A stretch of 62,648 nt of DNA, the filler included. It is 8 parts of 8 records of this genome, joined end to end, with 100 filler letters (N's around TTAATTAATTAA, not from the genome) between each part and the next. Parts side by side here need not be neighbours in the genome. Positions count along the whole stretch, not along the records: positions 45,101 to 50,260 come from DRR723986_8037; positions 50,361 to 56,756 come from DRR723986_8038; positions 56,857 to 62,648 come from DRR723986_8079; 5 more parts are not named here. One strand, written 5' to 3'. The first letter of the stretch is position 1, and the number at the start of each line of letters is the position of its first letter. Both the position numbers and the translations under genes were made by a program. Under the pieces are notes generated by a model. It did not search any database. It saw only the letters and a list, made by a program, of their open reading frames with translations, and was not told where the DNA came from. Positions 49,691 to 60,073 of the stretch are shown here, piece by piece.

Positions 49691-50170
49691 ATGAACCGCA
49701 TCAGCCATATCGAACTGGACGACAGCAATCTGCCGCCCCCAACCCCTGAAATCGAACAAGAGCGCAAAGTCGCGATGTTTGATCTGTTGGAAGAGAACAG
49801 CTTTGCGCTGCCAGCCCGCGATGATCGTACGGCCCTCAATGGCCCCTATCACCTGAACCTGTCGATCAAAGAGAAACGTCTCGTCTTTGATATTCAGACC
49901 GAAGCGGCTGAAAAAGCAGCGGAATTCCACCTGTCGCTTGGCCCCTTCCGGCAGGTCGTGAAAGATTACTTTCAGATCTGCGAAAGCTACTTCAACGCTG
50001 TGAAAACCATGCCCCCCAGCCAGATCGAAACCATCGACATGGCCCGGCGTGGTATCCACAACGAGGGCAGCCGCGTGTTGCAAGAGCGTCTTGAGGGAAA
50101 AGCCGACATTGACACTGACACCGCCCGCCGCCTCTTCACGCTGATCTGCGTGCTGCATTTCGGGGGCTAA
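49691..50170 (+). CDS. UPF0262 family protein
   Basis: EQERKVAMFDLLEEN.F, KDYFQICESY, IETIDMARRGIHNEG, TARRLFTLICVLH. Confidence 0.92.
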   Translation: MNRISHIELDDSNLPPPTPEIEQERKVAMFDLLEENSFALPARDDRTALNGPYHLNLSIKEKRLVFDIQTEAAEKAAEFHLSLGPFRQVVKDYFQICESYFNAVKTMPPSQIETIDMARRGIHNEGSRVLQERLEGKADIDTDTARRLFTLICVLHFGG

Positions 50171-50173
50171 CAG

Positions 50174-50260
50174 GTGAAGCAGCTTCCGCAGTCGGTTCTG
50201 TTTTGCTGTGACCACAACGCGGTCCGCTCACCCATGGCCGAGGGGATCATGAAAAAGTTC
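50174..50260 (+). CDS. Low-molecular-weight phosphatase family protein, N-terminus (truncated)
   Basis: GTG start; MKQLPQSVLFCCDHNAVRSPMAEGIMKKF with CX5R-like loop. Confidence 0.8.
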
Positions 50261-50360
50261 NNNNNNNNNNNNNNNNNNNNNNNNNNNNNNNNNNNNNNNN
50301 NNNNTTAATTAATTAANNNNNNNNNNNNNNNNNNNNNNNNNNNNNNNNNNNNNNNNNNNN
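50261..50360. other. Artificial contig spacer
   Basis: N44-TTAATTAATTAA-N44. Confidence 0.98.
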
Positions 50361-51692
50361 GAGCCGGTCGTAGAGCGCGCCCGCGTCTTCCTCCGGCGGT
50401 GCGGCGCGCAGCGCCTCTGCCTTGGGGTCGCGCAGGTCGTAGCCCGTGCCGTCATCCCGTGCGCCGCGCGTGTAGCGCATCCACGCGGCGGTGGCGAAGG
50501 CGAAGGCATCCAGCGGCTGACCGCGCCGCAGCGCCTCGGCGGCGGGGGCGAGGATGCGCTGCGGCAGTTTCTCGGTCCCGTCCATGGCGATCTGGTAGGT
50601 CTCATGCCCCAGATGCGGATTGGCGAAACGGCGCGAGAGCGCCTGCGCGTAACCGTCCAGATCGACGCCGGGCAGGGGGTCCAGCGTGCCCGCCGCTGCC
50701 CGCAGGTGCCGGTCGACCAGCGGCGCCAGCGCGGCATCCGCCATCACGTCGCGCACGTAGCGGTGCCCGGACAGGAAGCCTGCGTAGGCCAGCATCGAAT
50801 GCGCGCCGTTGAGCATCCGCAGCTTCATCAGCTCGAAGGGACGCACCTCTGGCACGAAGAGCGCGCCGCCGGCCTGCCAAGCGGGGCGGCCGGTGGAAAA
50901 GTTATCCTCGATCACCCATTGGCGAAAGCTCTCGGCCTCGATGGCGGCGCGGTCCTCATGGCCGGTCATCTCCTGCGAGAGCGCCAGCGTGGCAGGCGTG
51001 CGCGCGGGGGTGATCCGGTCGACCATGCTGCCGGGGAAGGCGACGTCGGTCGAGATGTGCTCGACGAGGCCAGGTGCCACATGGCGCGCCATGTCGATCA
51101 GCAGCGAGCGGGTCAGAGCGCCGTTGTCCGGCAGGTTGTCGCAACTGAGCACCGTGAAGGGCGGCACGCCCGCCGCGTGACGCTTCGCCAAAGCCCGCAC
51201 CAGAAGGCCGGCAAGGCCCTGCGGTGCCTCGGGGGTGTCGAGGTCGGCGAGGATGGCGGGGTGGGAGCGGTCGATGCCGCCGGTGGCGCGGTCGAGGCCG
51301 TAGCCCTTTTCGGTGACGGTGATGGTCACGATCCGGGTCTCGGGCGCGCAGAGCGCCTGCATCACCGCCTCGGGGTCGGTCCGGGCGCAGAGCGCGCGGG
51401 CCAGCGCGCCGATGACGCGGGCGCGGCTGCCGTCCACGTCGCGCTCGATCACCGTGAAGAGCCCGTCCTGCGGTGTCAGCTCCTCCGCCGGCTCGGGGCT
51501 GCGCAGGCTGACGCCGATGATGCGCCAGTCGCCGCCCTCGGCGGCCAGCGCGTCATCCGTGTAGACCGCCTGATGCGCCTTGTGAAAGGCGCCGAGGCCG
51601 ATGTGGACGATCCCCGCGCCATGGGCCGACGGATCGTAGCTGGGCCGCGCGACGGTGTCGGGCAGGCCTTCGAGCGTTGTCAGTCGGGTCAT
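50361..51692 (-). CDS. Mannitol-dehydrogenase-family oxidoreductase (UxuB-like fructuronate reductase), 3' truncated
   Basis: IVHIGLGAFHKAHQA, TVTEKGY, SCDNL, SMVDRITP, KLRMLNGAHS, QIAMDGTEKLPQR; ATGA-coupled to uxuA. Confidence 0.9.
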
Positions 51693-52897
51693 GCGGACAC
51701 GCGCGGCGACAGGGCGGCGATGATGCCGCGCAGTTCCGCAAGGCCCTTGAGCCGCCCGATCGACGGGTAGCCCGGCTGCGCGCGGCGCCCGAGGTCGTCG
51801 AGGATGTCCTGCCCGTGGTCGGGCCGGAAGGGGATCGACCAGTCGGCCCGGCCGGCCTTGCGGCGGCGCGCCTCTTCGACCAGCACCGCCTCGACCAGCG
51901 CGACCATGTCGGTGTCGCCGCCCAGATGCTCGGCCTCGTAGAACGATCCGCGGATGCCGTCGCTTTCGCGCTTCACGTTGCGCAGGTGCAGGAAATGCAC
52001 GCGGTCGCCCAGCCGCTGCATCATGCCCGGCAGATCGTTGTCGGGCCGCGCGCCCAGAGAGCCGGAGCAGAGCGTGATGCCGTTGGCGGGGAGGTTCACC
52101 GCCTGCATGACCTTGGTATACTGCGCCTCTGTCGACATGATGCGCGGCAGGCCCAGAAGCGGGAAGGGCGGATCGTCCGGGTGGCAGCAAAGCCGCAGCC
52201 CCAACTCCTGCGCGACCGGCGCGACCTCGGACAGGAAGTCGATCAGATGGCTGCGCAGGGTGTCCTCGGACATGGCGGCGTATTCGGCCAGATGCGCGCG
52301 CACGTCTCCCAGCGAGAAGCGTTCCGCCGCGCCGGGCAGGCCGAAGACCACGTTGCCCGCAAGCGCCTCGCGCGCGGGCTCGTCCATGGCGGCGAAGCGG
52401 CGGGCGGCCTCGTCGCGCAGCGCCTCGTCGTAATCCTCCGCCGCGCCGGGACGGGCGAGGATGTGCAGGTCGAAGGCCGCGAAGTCCACGAAGTCGAAGC
52501 GCATGCAGGTCGCGCCGCTTTTCACCCGCCATGCAAGGTCGGTGCGGGTCCAGTCCAGCACCGGCATGAAGTTGTAGCAGATCACCTCGATCCCGGCGTC
52601 GGCGAGGTTGCGCAGGCTGGTCTTGTAGTTGGCGATATGCTCGCGCCACGCGCCCTGCTGCTTCTTGATGTCCTCGGAGACGGGCAGGCTTTCGACCACC
52701 GCCCAGCCGAGGCCGGAGGGGCTGCCGTCGGTCATGCGCGCCACCTCTGCCTGCCGCTGCGCGATCTCCTCCGGCGTCCAGACCGCGCCGGTGGGAACGT
52801 GGTGCAGGGCAGAGACGATGCCCTCGGCGCCCGCCTGCGCGACATCATCCGTGGAAACAAGGTCCTTGGGTCCAAACCAGCGCCAGGTCTGCTTCAT
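51689..52897 (-). CDS. uxuA: Mannonate dehydratase
   Basis: MKQTWRWFGP, CYNFMPVLDWTRT, HPDDPP, RPDHG, PGY..IGRLKGLAE. Confidence 0.96.
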   Translation of the reverse strand: MKQTWRWFGPKDLVSTDDVAQAGAEGIVSALHHVPTGAVWTPEEIAQRQAEVARMTDGSPSGLGWAVVESLPVSEDIKKQQGAWREHIANYKTSLRNLADAGIEVICYNFMPVLDWTRTDLAWRVKSGATCMRFDFVDFAAFDLHILARPGAAEDYDEALRDEAARRFAAMDEPAREALAGNVVFGLPGAAERFSLGDVRAHLAEYAAMSEDTLRSHLIDFLSEVAPVAQELGLRLCCHPDDPPFPLLGLPRIMSTEAQYTKVMQAVNLPANGITLCSGSLGARPDNDLPGMMQRLGDRVHFLHLRNVKRESDGIRGSFYEAEHLGGDTDMVALVEAVLVEEARRRKAGRADWSIPFRPDHGQDILDDLGRRAQPGYPSIGRLKGLAELRGIIAALSPRVSA

Positions 52898-52954
52898 GCT
52901 GTCCTCCCGAGTCGAAGCGTTTCGTCAGACCTACCACCGGGCCGAGTTGAACGC

Positions 52955-52974
52955 TAGTATGGAAGTATGGTAGT
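52955..52974. promoter_or_regulatory. Candidate GntR operator in the divergent uxuA/gntR intergenic region
   Basis: TAGTATGGAAGTATGGTAGT: AGTATGG direct repeat in an AT-rich patch of a ~70% GC contig. Confidence 0.45.
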
Positions 52975-52998
52975 CCGAACCCGGGAGGACGACGAATC

Positions 52999-53745
52999 AT
53001 GAATGCCGATGCCCGGGAGGGATGGTCCCTCGACCCTGCGACGCCGATCACGCGGCAGATTTCCCGCATCCTGCGCGAGCGGATCATCCAGAACGATCTG
53101 AAGCCCGGCGACCGCCTGTCCGAATCCGAAGTGGCCCGCATCTATGACGTCAGCCGCCAGCCCGTGCGCGAGGCCTTCATCCGCCTTGCCGATCAGGGCC
53201 TGCTGGCCATCCTGCCGCAGCGGGGCACCATCGTCAGCCGCATCGGCTATCACGCGGTGCTGGACGCCCGCTTCCTGCGCGAGGCCATAGAGGCGGATAT
53301 CGCCAAGATCCTCGCCGATGCGCCGGACGCCGGCGCCATCCGCGAACTGCGCGCGCAACTGCGCCATCAGGCCGAGGTGGGGCAGGGCACGCCGAAGGAC
53401 TTCTTCGGCTACGACGACCTCTTTCACCGCACATTGGCAGAGGCGGCGGGCAAGGGCGGCGCGTGGAAGCAGATCGAGGGGCTCAAGTCACAGATGGACC
53501 GCGTGCGCTTTCTGTCCCTCGGACAGTTCCCGCTGCACAAGCTGATCGCCCAGCATGGTGCCATCGTCGACGCGATAGAGCGGGGCTCCGTGCCGCAGGC
53601 CAACACCGCCGTGCGGCTGCATCTGCGCGAGGTCCTGTCGGACCTGCCCGAGATCGTCGCCGCCAATACCGCTTATTTCGAATTGCCGGAGGGGGGACTT
53701 CCCCGGCCGGTCAACGCCCCGATCCAAGGAGGAGATCAAGAATGA
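52999..53745 (+). CDS. GntR family regulator (FCD domain)
   Basis: LKPGDRLSE..VA..YDVSRQPVREAF, LPQRGT, DDLFH..LA, AQHGAI. Confidence 0.92.
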   Translation: MNADAREGWSLDPATPITRQISRILRERIIQNDLKPGDRLSESEVARIYDVSRQPVREAFIRLADQGLLAILPQRGTIVSRIGYHAVLDARFLREAIEADIAKILADAPDAGAIRELRAQLRHQAEVGQGTPKDFFGYDDLFHRTLAEAAGKGGAWKQIEGLKSQMDRVRFLSLGQFPLHKLIAQHGAIVDAIERGSVPQANTAVRLHLREVLSDLPEIVAANTAYFELPEGGLPRPVNAPIQGGDQE

Positions 53746-54713
53746 CATTCGCTTTCAGAATGACCGCACTGGCCGCAGCCGTGGCCGCCATGGCCGCAGC
53801 GCCGGTCCACGCGCAGGACCTGACGCTGAAGCTGGGCCATCTCGCGAACGAGGACAACTCGTGGCACAAGGCCAGCGTGAAGTTCGGCGAAGAGCTGTCG
53901 GCGCTGACCGATGGCCGCATCGCCGTCGAGGTCTTCCCGAACGAGAGCCTCGGCAAGGAAATCGACCTCATCAACGGCATGCAGCTGGGTACGGTGGACA
54001 TGACCATCACCGGCGAGAGCCTGCAGAACTGGGCGCCCAAGGCGGCGCTGCTGGCGGTGCCCTATGCGTTCAAGACCATCGAGGACATGGACGCCTTCGC
54101 CTCTGGCCCGGTGGGGGACGAGATCGAGGCGCAGATCGTCGAGACCGTGCAGATCCGCCCGATCGCCTATTTCGCCCGGGGCGCGCGCGACCTGACGTCG
54201 AACCGTCCGATCACCACCCCCGCCGACCTTAACGGCCTGAAGATGCGCGTGCCGAACGTGCCGCTCTTCGTGGATGTCTGGAAGGCCCTTGGCGCGCAGC
54301 CCGGCCCGATGGCCTTCTCCGAGGTCTTCACCTCGCTTCAGAACGGCACCATCGAGGCGCAAGAGAACCCGCTGGCGCTGATCCGTTCGGCCTCGTTCAA
54401 CGAGGTGCAGAGCCACGTCAACCTGACCGACCACGTCCGGTCGTGGATCTACCTGACCATCGCCGAAAGCACCTGGAGCCAGCTGTCGGACGAGGACAAG
54501 GACGCCGTGATGGAGGCCGCCTCACGCGCGCAGGCCTACGAGCGTGAGCTTTTCGAGCAGAGCCTCGCAGACGACCGCGCCTATCTGGAAGAGAACGGCA
54601 TGACCTTCGTCGAGGTCGACGCCGCTGCGTTCCAGGCGGCTGCCAAGGATGCCGTGCTGGCCAACGTCAACGACGAGATCAAGCCGATCGTCGAAGAGTT
54701 GTTCGCGGAATAA
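53742..54713 (+). CDS. TRAP transporter substrate-binding protein (DctP family)
   Basis: Signal peptide, VFPNESLG.E, GLKMRVP, FSEVFTSLQNGTIEAQENP. Confidence 0.93.
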   Translation: MTFAFRMTALAAAVAAMAAAPVHAQDLTLKLGHLANEDNSWHKASVKFGEELSALTDGRIAVEVFPNESLGKEIDLINGMQLGTVDMTITGESLQNWAPKAALLAVPYAFKTIEDMDAFASGPVGDEIEAQIVETVQIRPIAYFARGARDLTSNRPITTPADLNGLKMRVPNVPLFVDVWKALGAQPGPMAFSEVFTSLQNGTIEAQENPLALIRSASFNEVQSHVNLTDHVRSWIYLTIAESTWSQLSDEDKDAVMEAASRAQAYERELFEQSLADDRAYLEENGMTFVEVDAAAFQAAAKDAVLANVNDEIKPIVEELFAE

Positions 54714-54780
54714 GACCGCTTTCACAAGACCTTGACCGGCGTCGTTCATGCGGCGCCGGTCGCCTTTCCGGGGGGCTTTC

Positions 54781-55287
54781 ATGACATATGTCGCACGCTT
54801 CATATCCGCCGTCAGCCTGCTGGCGCGCATCGGCGCCGGGCTGGCCTTCACCGTCCTCATGGGCGCGGTGCTGGTGCAGGTCGTGGGCCGCCTGACCGGC
54901 GGGGCGCCGGTCTGGTCCGAGGAACTGACCCGCTACGCGCTGCTCTACATGGTGGCCTTCGGGGCGGGCCTCGCCTTTCGCACCGGCGACCTCGTCAACG
55001 TCGACGTGATCTCCGAATCCTTGCCCGGGCGGCTGCCGTGGCTGCTGCGTCTGCTGGCGGGCATCGCCACGGCGGGGCTTGCGCTCTTCCTGATGTGGCA
55101 CGCCTGGCGCTTCGTCTCCATCGGGCGGATGCAGACCTCTCCGGCGCTGGGCATCAAGATGACATGGGCCCACCTGACCGTCTGGCTGATGCTGGGAGGC
55201 CTTGGCCTCTTCGGCCTTCTCCGCGTCTTCGGCATGCTTGCGGGCAGCGAGGACGGCAAGCCGCAACTCCCCACCGAAGAGGACTAA
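54781..55287 (+). CDS. TRAP small permease (DctQ)
   Basis: QVVGR, WSEELTRY, GDLVNVD, QTSPALG; four TM segments. Confidence 0.9.
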   Translation: MTYVARFISAVSLLARIGAGLAFTVLMGAVLVQVVGRLTGGAPVWSEELTRYALLYMVAFGAGLAFRTGDLVNVDVISESLPGRLPWLLRLLAGIATAGLALFLMWHAWRFVSIGRMQTSPALGIKMTWAHLTVWLMLGGLGLFGLLRVFGMLAGSEDGKPQLPTEED

Positions 55288-55290
55288 CCC

Positions 55291-56568
55291 TTGGACGTCA
55301 CCATCCTGTTCGCGGTCTTCGTCGCGGGGCTGTGCCTTGGCATTCCCGTCGCGATCACCCTCGGCCTGTCTTCGCTGGCCTATATCCTTTACGCCGGCAT
55401 GCCGCCGGTGGTCATGCCGCAGAAGATGTACGCCGGCATGGACGTCTTCGTCCTGCTGTCGATCCCGGGCTTCATCCTTGCGGGCAACCTGATGAACCAG
55501 GGCGGCATCACCCAGCGCATCATCCGCTTCGCCAATGCCATCGTCGGCTGGATCAAGGGCGGGCTGGGCCTGACCAACATCTCGGCCTCGATGCTCTTTG
55601 GCGGCATCACCGGCACCGCCGTGGCGGACGCCGCCTCGCTCGGGGGCGTGCTGATCCCGGGCATGAAGAAGGCGGGCTACCCGGCCGACTTCTCGGCCGC
55701 CGTGACCGCCGCCTCGTCGACCGTCGGCCCGATCATCCCGCCCTCCGTGCCGATGATCATCGTGGGCGCGCTATCCGGCATCTCCGTCGGCAAGATGTTC
55801 CTCGCGGGCGCGATCCCCGGCATCCTGATGGGGCTGGCGATGATGGTGACCTGCTACATCATCTCGGTGCGCCGGGGCTTCCCGCATCAGCCCTGGCAGG
55901 GCTGGGGAGAGGTCGCGCGCGCCTTCGGCGGGGCCTTCTGGGCCATCGCCATGACCTTCCTCATCATCTACGGGCTGCTCTCGGGCTATGCCACGCCCAC
56001 GGAAACCGCCGTCGTCGCCTCTGTCTACGCCTTCATCGTCGGCGCCTTCATCTACCGTGAATTGCCGCTGCGAAAGGTGCCGGGAATCGTCGCCGACAGC
56101 GCCGTCTCTGCGGCGGGCATCCTTGCGCTCGTGGGCTTCGCCAATGTCTTCGGCTGGATCCTCGTGTCCGAGCGCATTCCGCAGGCCATCGCGGACGGGG
56201 TGCTGGGCCTGACCACCAACAAGCTGCTGGTGATCCTGCTGATCAACCTGTTGCTGCTCTTCGTCGGCATGTTCATGGAAACGATCGCCGCGCTGATCAT
56301 CCTCTTCGTGCCGCTGCTGTCCTTGGCAGAGGCGGTGGGCATCGACCCGCTGCATTTCGCCACCTTCGCGGTGCTGAACCTGATGATCGGCCTGACCACG
56401 CCGCCGGTGGGGGTCTGCCTCTTCGTCTGCGCCAATATCGCACGGCTGCCGCTGGCGCCGGTGGTGCGGGCGATCCTGCCCTTCCTGCTGACCAACATCC
56501 TCGTCCTGCTGGCGGTGTCCTACTTCCCGCCGCTGGCCACATGGCTGCCCTCGGTCCTCACGGACTGA
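55291..56568 (+). CDS. TRAP large permease (DctM)
   Basis: IPGFILAGNLM, GTAVADAA, GPIIPPS, TPTE, IGLTTPPVG. Confidence 0.94.
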   Translation: MDVTILFAVFVAGLCLGIPVAITLGLSSLAYILYAGMPPVVMPQKMYAGMDVFVLLSIPGFILAGNLMNQGGITQRIIRFANAIVGWIKGGLGLTNISASMLFGGITGTAVADAASLGGVLIPGMKKAGYPADFSAAVTAASSTVGPIIPPSVPMIIVGALSGISVGKMFLAGAIPGILMGLAMMVTCYIISVRRGFPHQPWQGWGEVARAFGGAFWAIAMTFLIIYGLLSGYATPTETAVVASVYAFIVGAFIYRELPLRKVPGIVADSAVSAAGILALVGFANVFGWILVSERIPQAIADGVLGLTTNKLLVILLINLLLLFVGMFMETIAALIILFVPLLSLAEAVGIDPLHFATFAVLNLMIGLTTPPVGVCLFVCANIARLPLAPVVRAILPFLLTNILVLLAVSYFPPLATWLPSVLTD

Positions 56569-56599
56569 GCGCCGCCGCATCCCCACGGAGGAGAGCGCC

Positions 56600-56756
56600 T
56601 TGACCACCGACCGGCATTTCGCCCGAGACGACCTGAAGACCCTCGCCCAAGGCCTGATGACCGGCGCCGGTCTCGACGCCGCCATGGCCGGGGTGGTGTC
56701 GGAGCTGCTGGTGCAAACCGACGAGCTTGGGGTCAGCACGCATGGCATCTCCATGG
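56600..56756 (+). CDS. Ldh_2 (malate/lactate/ureidoglycolate dehydrogenase) family, N-terminus (truncated)
   Basis: GGAGGAG RBS, TTG start, L..AGL...A..V...LV..D..GVSTHG. Confidence 0.75.
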
Positions 56757-56856
56757 NNNNNNNNNNNNNNNNNNNNNNNNNNNNNNNNNNNNNNNNNNNN
56801 TTAATTAATTAANNNNNNNNNNNNNNNNNNNNNNNNNNNNNNNNNNNNNNNNNNNN
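56757..56856. other. Artificial contig spacer
   Basis: N44-TTAATTAATTAA-N44. Confidence 0.98.
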
Positions 56857-57804
56857 ATCCGTGCCTTCGAGGACAACGCCAACCAGTTGTACCTGTCCGC
56901 CAAGATGCCCGGACTGACCCATATGTATTCCGGCGAGGAAGCAGTCGCCGTGGGTATCTGCGAGGCGCTCACTGACAATGACCGCATCACCTCGACCCAT
57001 CGGGGTCATGGGCATTGCGTGGCCAAGGGCGCAGATTTCAGGCAGATGTTCTGCGAACTTCTGGGCAAGGAAGAGGGCTATTGCCGTGGCAAGGGCGGGT
57101 CGATGCACATCGCCGACCAAAGCCACGGGAACCTCGGGGCCAATGCCATTGTCGGAGGGTCAATGGGTATTGCCACGGGCTCTGCTTTGCGCGCGAAGAT
57201 GCAAGGCTCCGACGATGTGACGGTGTGCTTTTTCGGCGACGGGGCCACCGCGCAGGGCTTGCTCTACGAGGTCATGAACATGGCCGCGCTTTGGAAGCTG
57301 CCGGTCATTTATGCCTGCGAAAACAACGGCTATTCCGAGTACACCAAAACGGATGAAATCGCTGCCGGGTCCATCACCGCTCGGGCTGAGGCCTTCGGGA
57401 TCGAGGCCTTCACCGTCGACGGGCAGGACGTGCTGGCCGTCAACGATCTGACCCAGAAACTTGTCGCGCGCGCCCGCAAGGGTGAAGGACCGTTCTTTGT
57501 GGAACTGATGACCTACCGCTATCACGGCCACCACGTGGGCGACATCAACCGCGACTATTACCGGTCGAAGGAAGAAGAAACGATCTGGAAGGAACGACGC
57601 GATCCGATCGTGAATTTCGGTGCATGGCTTTCGGGTGAAGGCATCGCCAGCGCCGAGGAATTGAAAGCCATCGAGGACGACATTCGCGCAGATGCGAAGG
57701 CCGCCGTCGACTACGCGCTGGCCGCGAAATATCCCGATGAGAGCGAGGTCGACATGCATGTCTTCGCCGAAACCGACCCTGCCACGCTGCGGCCCGGCGC
57801 CTGA
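56857..57804 (+). CDS. TPP-dependent dehydrogenase E1 alpha (AcoA/PdhA-like), 5' truncated
   Basis: IRAFED..., HMYSGEEA, STHRGHGH, GKGGSMH, GDGA...ENNGY TPP motif, TYRYHGHH.GD. Confidence 0.93.
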   Translation: MRAFEDNANQLYLSAKMPGLTHMYSGEEAVAVGICEALTDNDRITSTHRGHGHCVAKGADFRQMFCELLGKEEGYCRGKGGSMHIADQSHGNLGANAIVGGSMGIATGSALRAKMQGSDDVTVCFFGDGATAQGLLYEVMNMAALWKLPVIYACENNGYSEYTKTDEIAAGSITARAEAFGIEAFTVDGQDVLAVNDLTQKLVARARKGEGPFFVELMTYRYHGHHVGDINRDYYRSKEEETIWKERRDPIVNFGAWLSGEGIASAEELKAIEDDIRADAKAAVDYALAAKYPDESEVDMHVFAETDPATLRPGA

Positions 57805-57815
57805 GGAGATCTGAC

Positions 57816-58811
57816 ATGCGTAGTATCACCCTGTCCCAGGCGGTAAACGAGGCGCTGGCCGAAGAAATGCGCCGCGACGCGACCGTCTTCATCATCGGCG
57901 AGGACGTGGCGGAGGCCGGCACGCCGTTCAAGGTGCTGTCCGGCCTCGTCGAGGAATTCGGCACGGACCGCGTTATCGACACTCCGATTGCTGAGCCCGG
58001 TTTCATGGGTCTTGCCGTTGGCGCAGCCATGACCGGCGCGCGGCCTGTCGTCGATCTGATGTTCGGGGATTTCCTCTTCCTGATCATGGATCAGCTCTGC
58101 AATCAGGCGGCGAAGACCCACTACATGTCGGGTGGCAAGCTGAACGTGCCGCTGGTACTTCGCACCAATCTGGGCGCAACTCGGCGGTCTGCCGCGCAGC
58201 ACAGCCAGTCCTTGCACGCTTTGGTGGCTCATATTCCGGGGTTGAAAGTAGCCCTGCCATCGAGCGCCTATGAGGCCAAGGGTCTGATGAAGACCGCGAT
58301 CCGAGACAACAACCCGGTCGTGATCTTCGAAGACAAGCTGATGTATAACGACAAGGCCCCGGTCCCCGAAGAAGAGTTCCTGATCCCCTTCGGCGAGGCC
58401 AATATCAAACGCGAAGGCAGCGACATCACGCTGATCGGCACCTCGTCGATGGTGCAGGTCTGTGAAAAGGCCGCCGAGATTCTGGCCAACGAGGGCATCA
58501 GCGCCGAAGTGATCGACCCGCGCACCATCGTGCCGCTGGATGAGGCGACGCTAATCGCTTCCGCCAAGAAGACCAGCCGTGTGATCGTGGTCGATGAGGG
58601 TCACCAGAGCTTCGGCATCACCGGCGAGATCGCGTCTCGCATCAACGAAAAGGCGTTCTACCATCTCGATGCGCCAGTGCTGCGCATGGGGGCGATGGAT
58701 GTGCCGGTGCCCTTCAGCCCGGCGCTAGAGGATATCACCGTGCCGACGCCCGAAGGCGTGGCCGAGAACGCCCGCAAGCTGATGTCCGGGGAGATGATAG
58801 ATGCCGCATGA
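57816..58811 (+). CDS. E1 beta (AcoB/PdhB-like)
   Basis: GEDV, RVIDTPIAE, DQLCNQAAK, AAQHSQS, EVIDPRT..PLD. Confidence 0.94.
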   Translation: MRSITLSQAVNEALAEEMRRDATVFIIGEDVAEAGTPFKVLSGLVEEFGTDRVIDTPIAEPGFMGLAVGAAMTGARPVVDLMFGDFLFLIMDQLCNQAAKTHYMSGGKLNVPLVLRTNLGATRRSAAQHSQSLHALVAHIPGLKVALPSSAYEAKGLMKTAIRDNNPVVIFEDKLMYNDKAPVPEEEFLIPFGEANIKREGSDITLIGTSSMVQVCEKAAEILANEGISAEVIDPRTIVPLDEATLIASAKKTSRVIVVDEGHQSFGITGEIASRINEKAFYHLDAPVLRMGAMDVPVPFSPALEDITVPTPEGVAENARKLMSGEMIDAA

Positions 58812-60057
58812 GGTGATCATGCCCGCCCTCGGCATGGCGCAGGATACCGGCAAGATCGTGAGCTGGCTGAAAAGCCCCGGCGACGCGGTCAAGGCGGGCG
58901 ATGCGCTGTTCGAGGTGGAAACCGACAAGGCGACGATGGAGGTCGAGGCCCCCGCCGACGGGTTCCTGACTGACGTGACCGCAGGCGATGGCGAGGACGT
59001 GCCCGTTGGCAACGTGATCGCGCTGATCTCGGACACGGCCGAGGGCAGTGGCACATCCGCCCCAGAGCCCGTTGCGGCCGCACCCACCAGCGATGACCTG
59101 CCCGACGGCACCGGCATCATCATGCCCGCGCTTGGCATGGCGCAGGACGAGGGCCTGATCGTCGCGTGGCACAAGGCACCGGGTGAGGCCGTGACCTCTG
59201 GCGACATCCTGTTCGAGGTGGAAACCGACAAGGCCACGATGGAGGTGGAGGCGGGCCATGACGGCTTCGTCGCGGCATTGCTGGCAAAGGCCGGAGAGGC
59301 CGCGCCCGTTGGCGAAGTCATTGCCATCATATCGGAAAAAGCACCGGCCAACCCCGTCAGCCGCAATTGGTCAGGCAGCGCCAGACCCGCGCCCGCGAAG
59401 GAAGAGACCAAGGCCGCTCCGGCACCGAAACCCGCCGCCAAACCTGCGGCGAAGACTTGCTCGCTGGTGCCCAGTGGCGGGCGCATCCTCGCCTCGCCCA
59501 AGGCGCGCAGGATCACACGGCAAGAGGGGTTGGATCTGCAAAGGCTGGTCGAGGCGGGCCTTCCGCAACCCTATCACACCGCCGATCTGAACGTGCTGCG
59601 CAGCCTGCCTGCCAAGGCTGAACCTGCCACGGCCAACGCGGCAGCGGTCAGTCGTCACCTTACAGCAGAAGTTCCCGCCAGGGCTCTTGCGGATTTCTGT
59701 GCCTGGGCCGCTGAGGAAACTGGCGCGCCTTTGGACCGCCCAGCACTGCTGGCCCGCTTCGCCACTGCCGCACTTGGCGAGCCGCACACTGCCGTTGCTG
59801 TCGAGGCCCATGGCCAGACGAGGACGATCCCGGAAGGCGCGGAGCCGCAGCTTGTTCTCCGTGACCTGGCTGGATCGCCCTTCACCTCGATCAGTCTGGG
59901 GGCTGAAAACACCCCGGTGTTGACGCTGACCGGCATGGGCGACACGCTGACCATCACACTCGAATGCGCGCCCGGGCACCTCTCTGCCGCACAGGCGCTG
60001 TCCCTCATGAGCGGATTTGCCGGTCGGCTTGCCGAACCGCTCCGCCATTTGCTCTGA
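58801..60057 (+). CDS. E2-like protein: two lipoyl domains, PSBD, and a shortened degenerate acyltransferase-like C-terminus
   Basis: Two EVETDKATMEVEA motifs, ILASPKARR PSBD; the C-terminus LTITLECAPGHLSAAQA...LAEPLRHLL lacks the DHR..DG motif. Confidence 0.88.
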   Translation: MPHEVIMPALGMAQDTGKIVSWLKSPGDAVKAGDALFEVETDKATMEVEAPADGFLTDVTAGDGEDVPVGNVIALISDTAEGSGTSAPEPVAAAPTSDDLPDGTGIIMPALGMAQDEGLIVAWHKAPGEAVTSGDILFEVETDKATMEVEAGHDGFVAALLAKAGEAAPVGEVIAIISEKAPANPVSRNWSGSARPAPAKEETKAAPAPKPAAKPAAKTCSLVPSGGRILASPKARRITRQEGLDLQRLVEAGLPQPYHTADLNVLRSLPAKAEPATANAAAVSRHLTAEVPARALADFCAWAAEETGAPLDRPALLARFATAALGEPHTAVAVEAHGQTRTIPEGAEPQLVLRDLAGSPFTSISLGAENTPVLTLTGMGDTLTITLECAPGHLSAAQALSLMSGFAGRLAEPLRHLL

Positions 60058-60073
60058 CCCCGCGAGGACCGAC

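Noticed and set aside
50313-52649. 778-aa ORF as a uxuA-uxuB fusion
   Set aside because: The N-terminal part is an alternative frame over uxuA; the real gene starts at 51692 via an ATGA overlap.
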